Part shown: positions 63,911 through 64,000 of the stretch, one piece after another
Numbering within the stretch: the first letter of the stretch is position 1
Layout of the letters: each line of letters begins with the position of its first letter
IMG/VR virus record: IMGVR_UViG_2974602345_000001
Location: 13,332-77,331 of that record
Strand: one strand, 5' to 3'
DNA length: 64,000 bases
Source of the DNA: a virus
Lineage: Duplodnaviria > Heunggongvirae > Uroviricota > Caudoviricetes
Notes under the pieces: model-generated
The model's database searches: none
What the model saw: only the letters and a program-made list of their open reading frames with translations
What the model was told of the DNA's origin: nothing
Made by a program: the position numbers and the translations under genes

Positions 63911-64000
63911 GTCCCCAAGGCGATGCCACGAAGGCGTTTGAACTGCGGAACCTTACCCGACACCGGCGAGACCATCACGATCTTGAACTGGTAGAAGCTG
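63907..64000 (-). CDS. C-terminal end of a large structural protein (VrlC/DUF4815-like), truncated by the window edge
   Basis: ...SFYQFKIVMVSPVSGKVPQFKRLRGIALGT*. Confidence 0.55.
   Translation of the reverse strand, partial: SFYQFKIVMVSPVSGKVPQFKRLRGIALGT

Noticed and set aside
1-64000. CRISPR array, integrase/att site, IS element or DGR
   Set aside because: I saw no regularly spaced repeats and no integrase, transposase or reverse transcriptase motifs. The repeated GGCGC-TTCG-GCGCC units are dispersed terminators.

Overview
A 64 kb segment of a T4-like (T4-supergroup) contractile-tailed phage genome, with almost all genes on the minus strand. The gene order gp23-gp3-uvsY-uvsW-gp55-gp47-gp46 is the cyanophage/Ackermannviridae/pf16-like arrangement. 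The sigma70 promoters and GC3-rich codons suggest a proteobacterial host (inference). Left to right it contains: (1) an accessory array of small early genes, spanins and rIIB/rIIA; (2) an acyl-carrier-protein gene and an 8-tRNA cluster with NADAR and YqeY genes and several non-tRNA structured RNAs; (3) dsbA, helicase gp41, uvsX, dNMP kinase and DNA polymerase gp43; (4) a 7-deazaguanine pathway (GAT, QueC, QueF, TGT/DpdA-like, FolE, QueD, QueE); (5) a macrodomain protein, DexA and a ~1310-aa late protein with a PARP-type H-Y-E domain; (6) gp46/47/55 and an RNase HI; (7) a ~560-nt ORF-poor structured region with its own plus-strand promoter; (8) UvsW/UvsY and the head/neck/tail module gp23 to gp13 with two GIY-YIG homing endonucleases. 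The most striking signal is a ~193-nt element between tRNA-Asn and tRNA-Pro (16083-16275, minus). It reproduces the 23S rRNA GTPase-associated centre (L11-binding H42-H44, including the A1067 and A1095 loops) with covarying helices and a ~125-nt insertion. All protein calls are from motif recognition and recalled reference sequences; no database search or folding was run.
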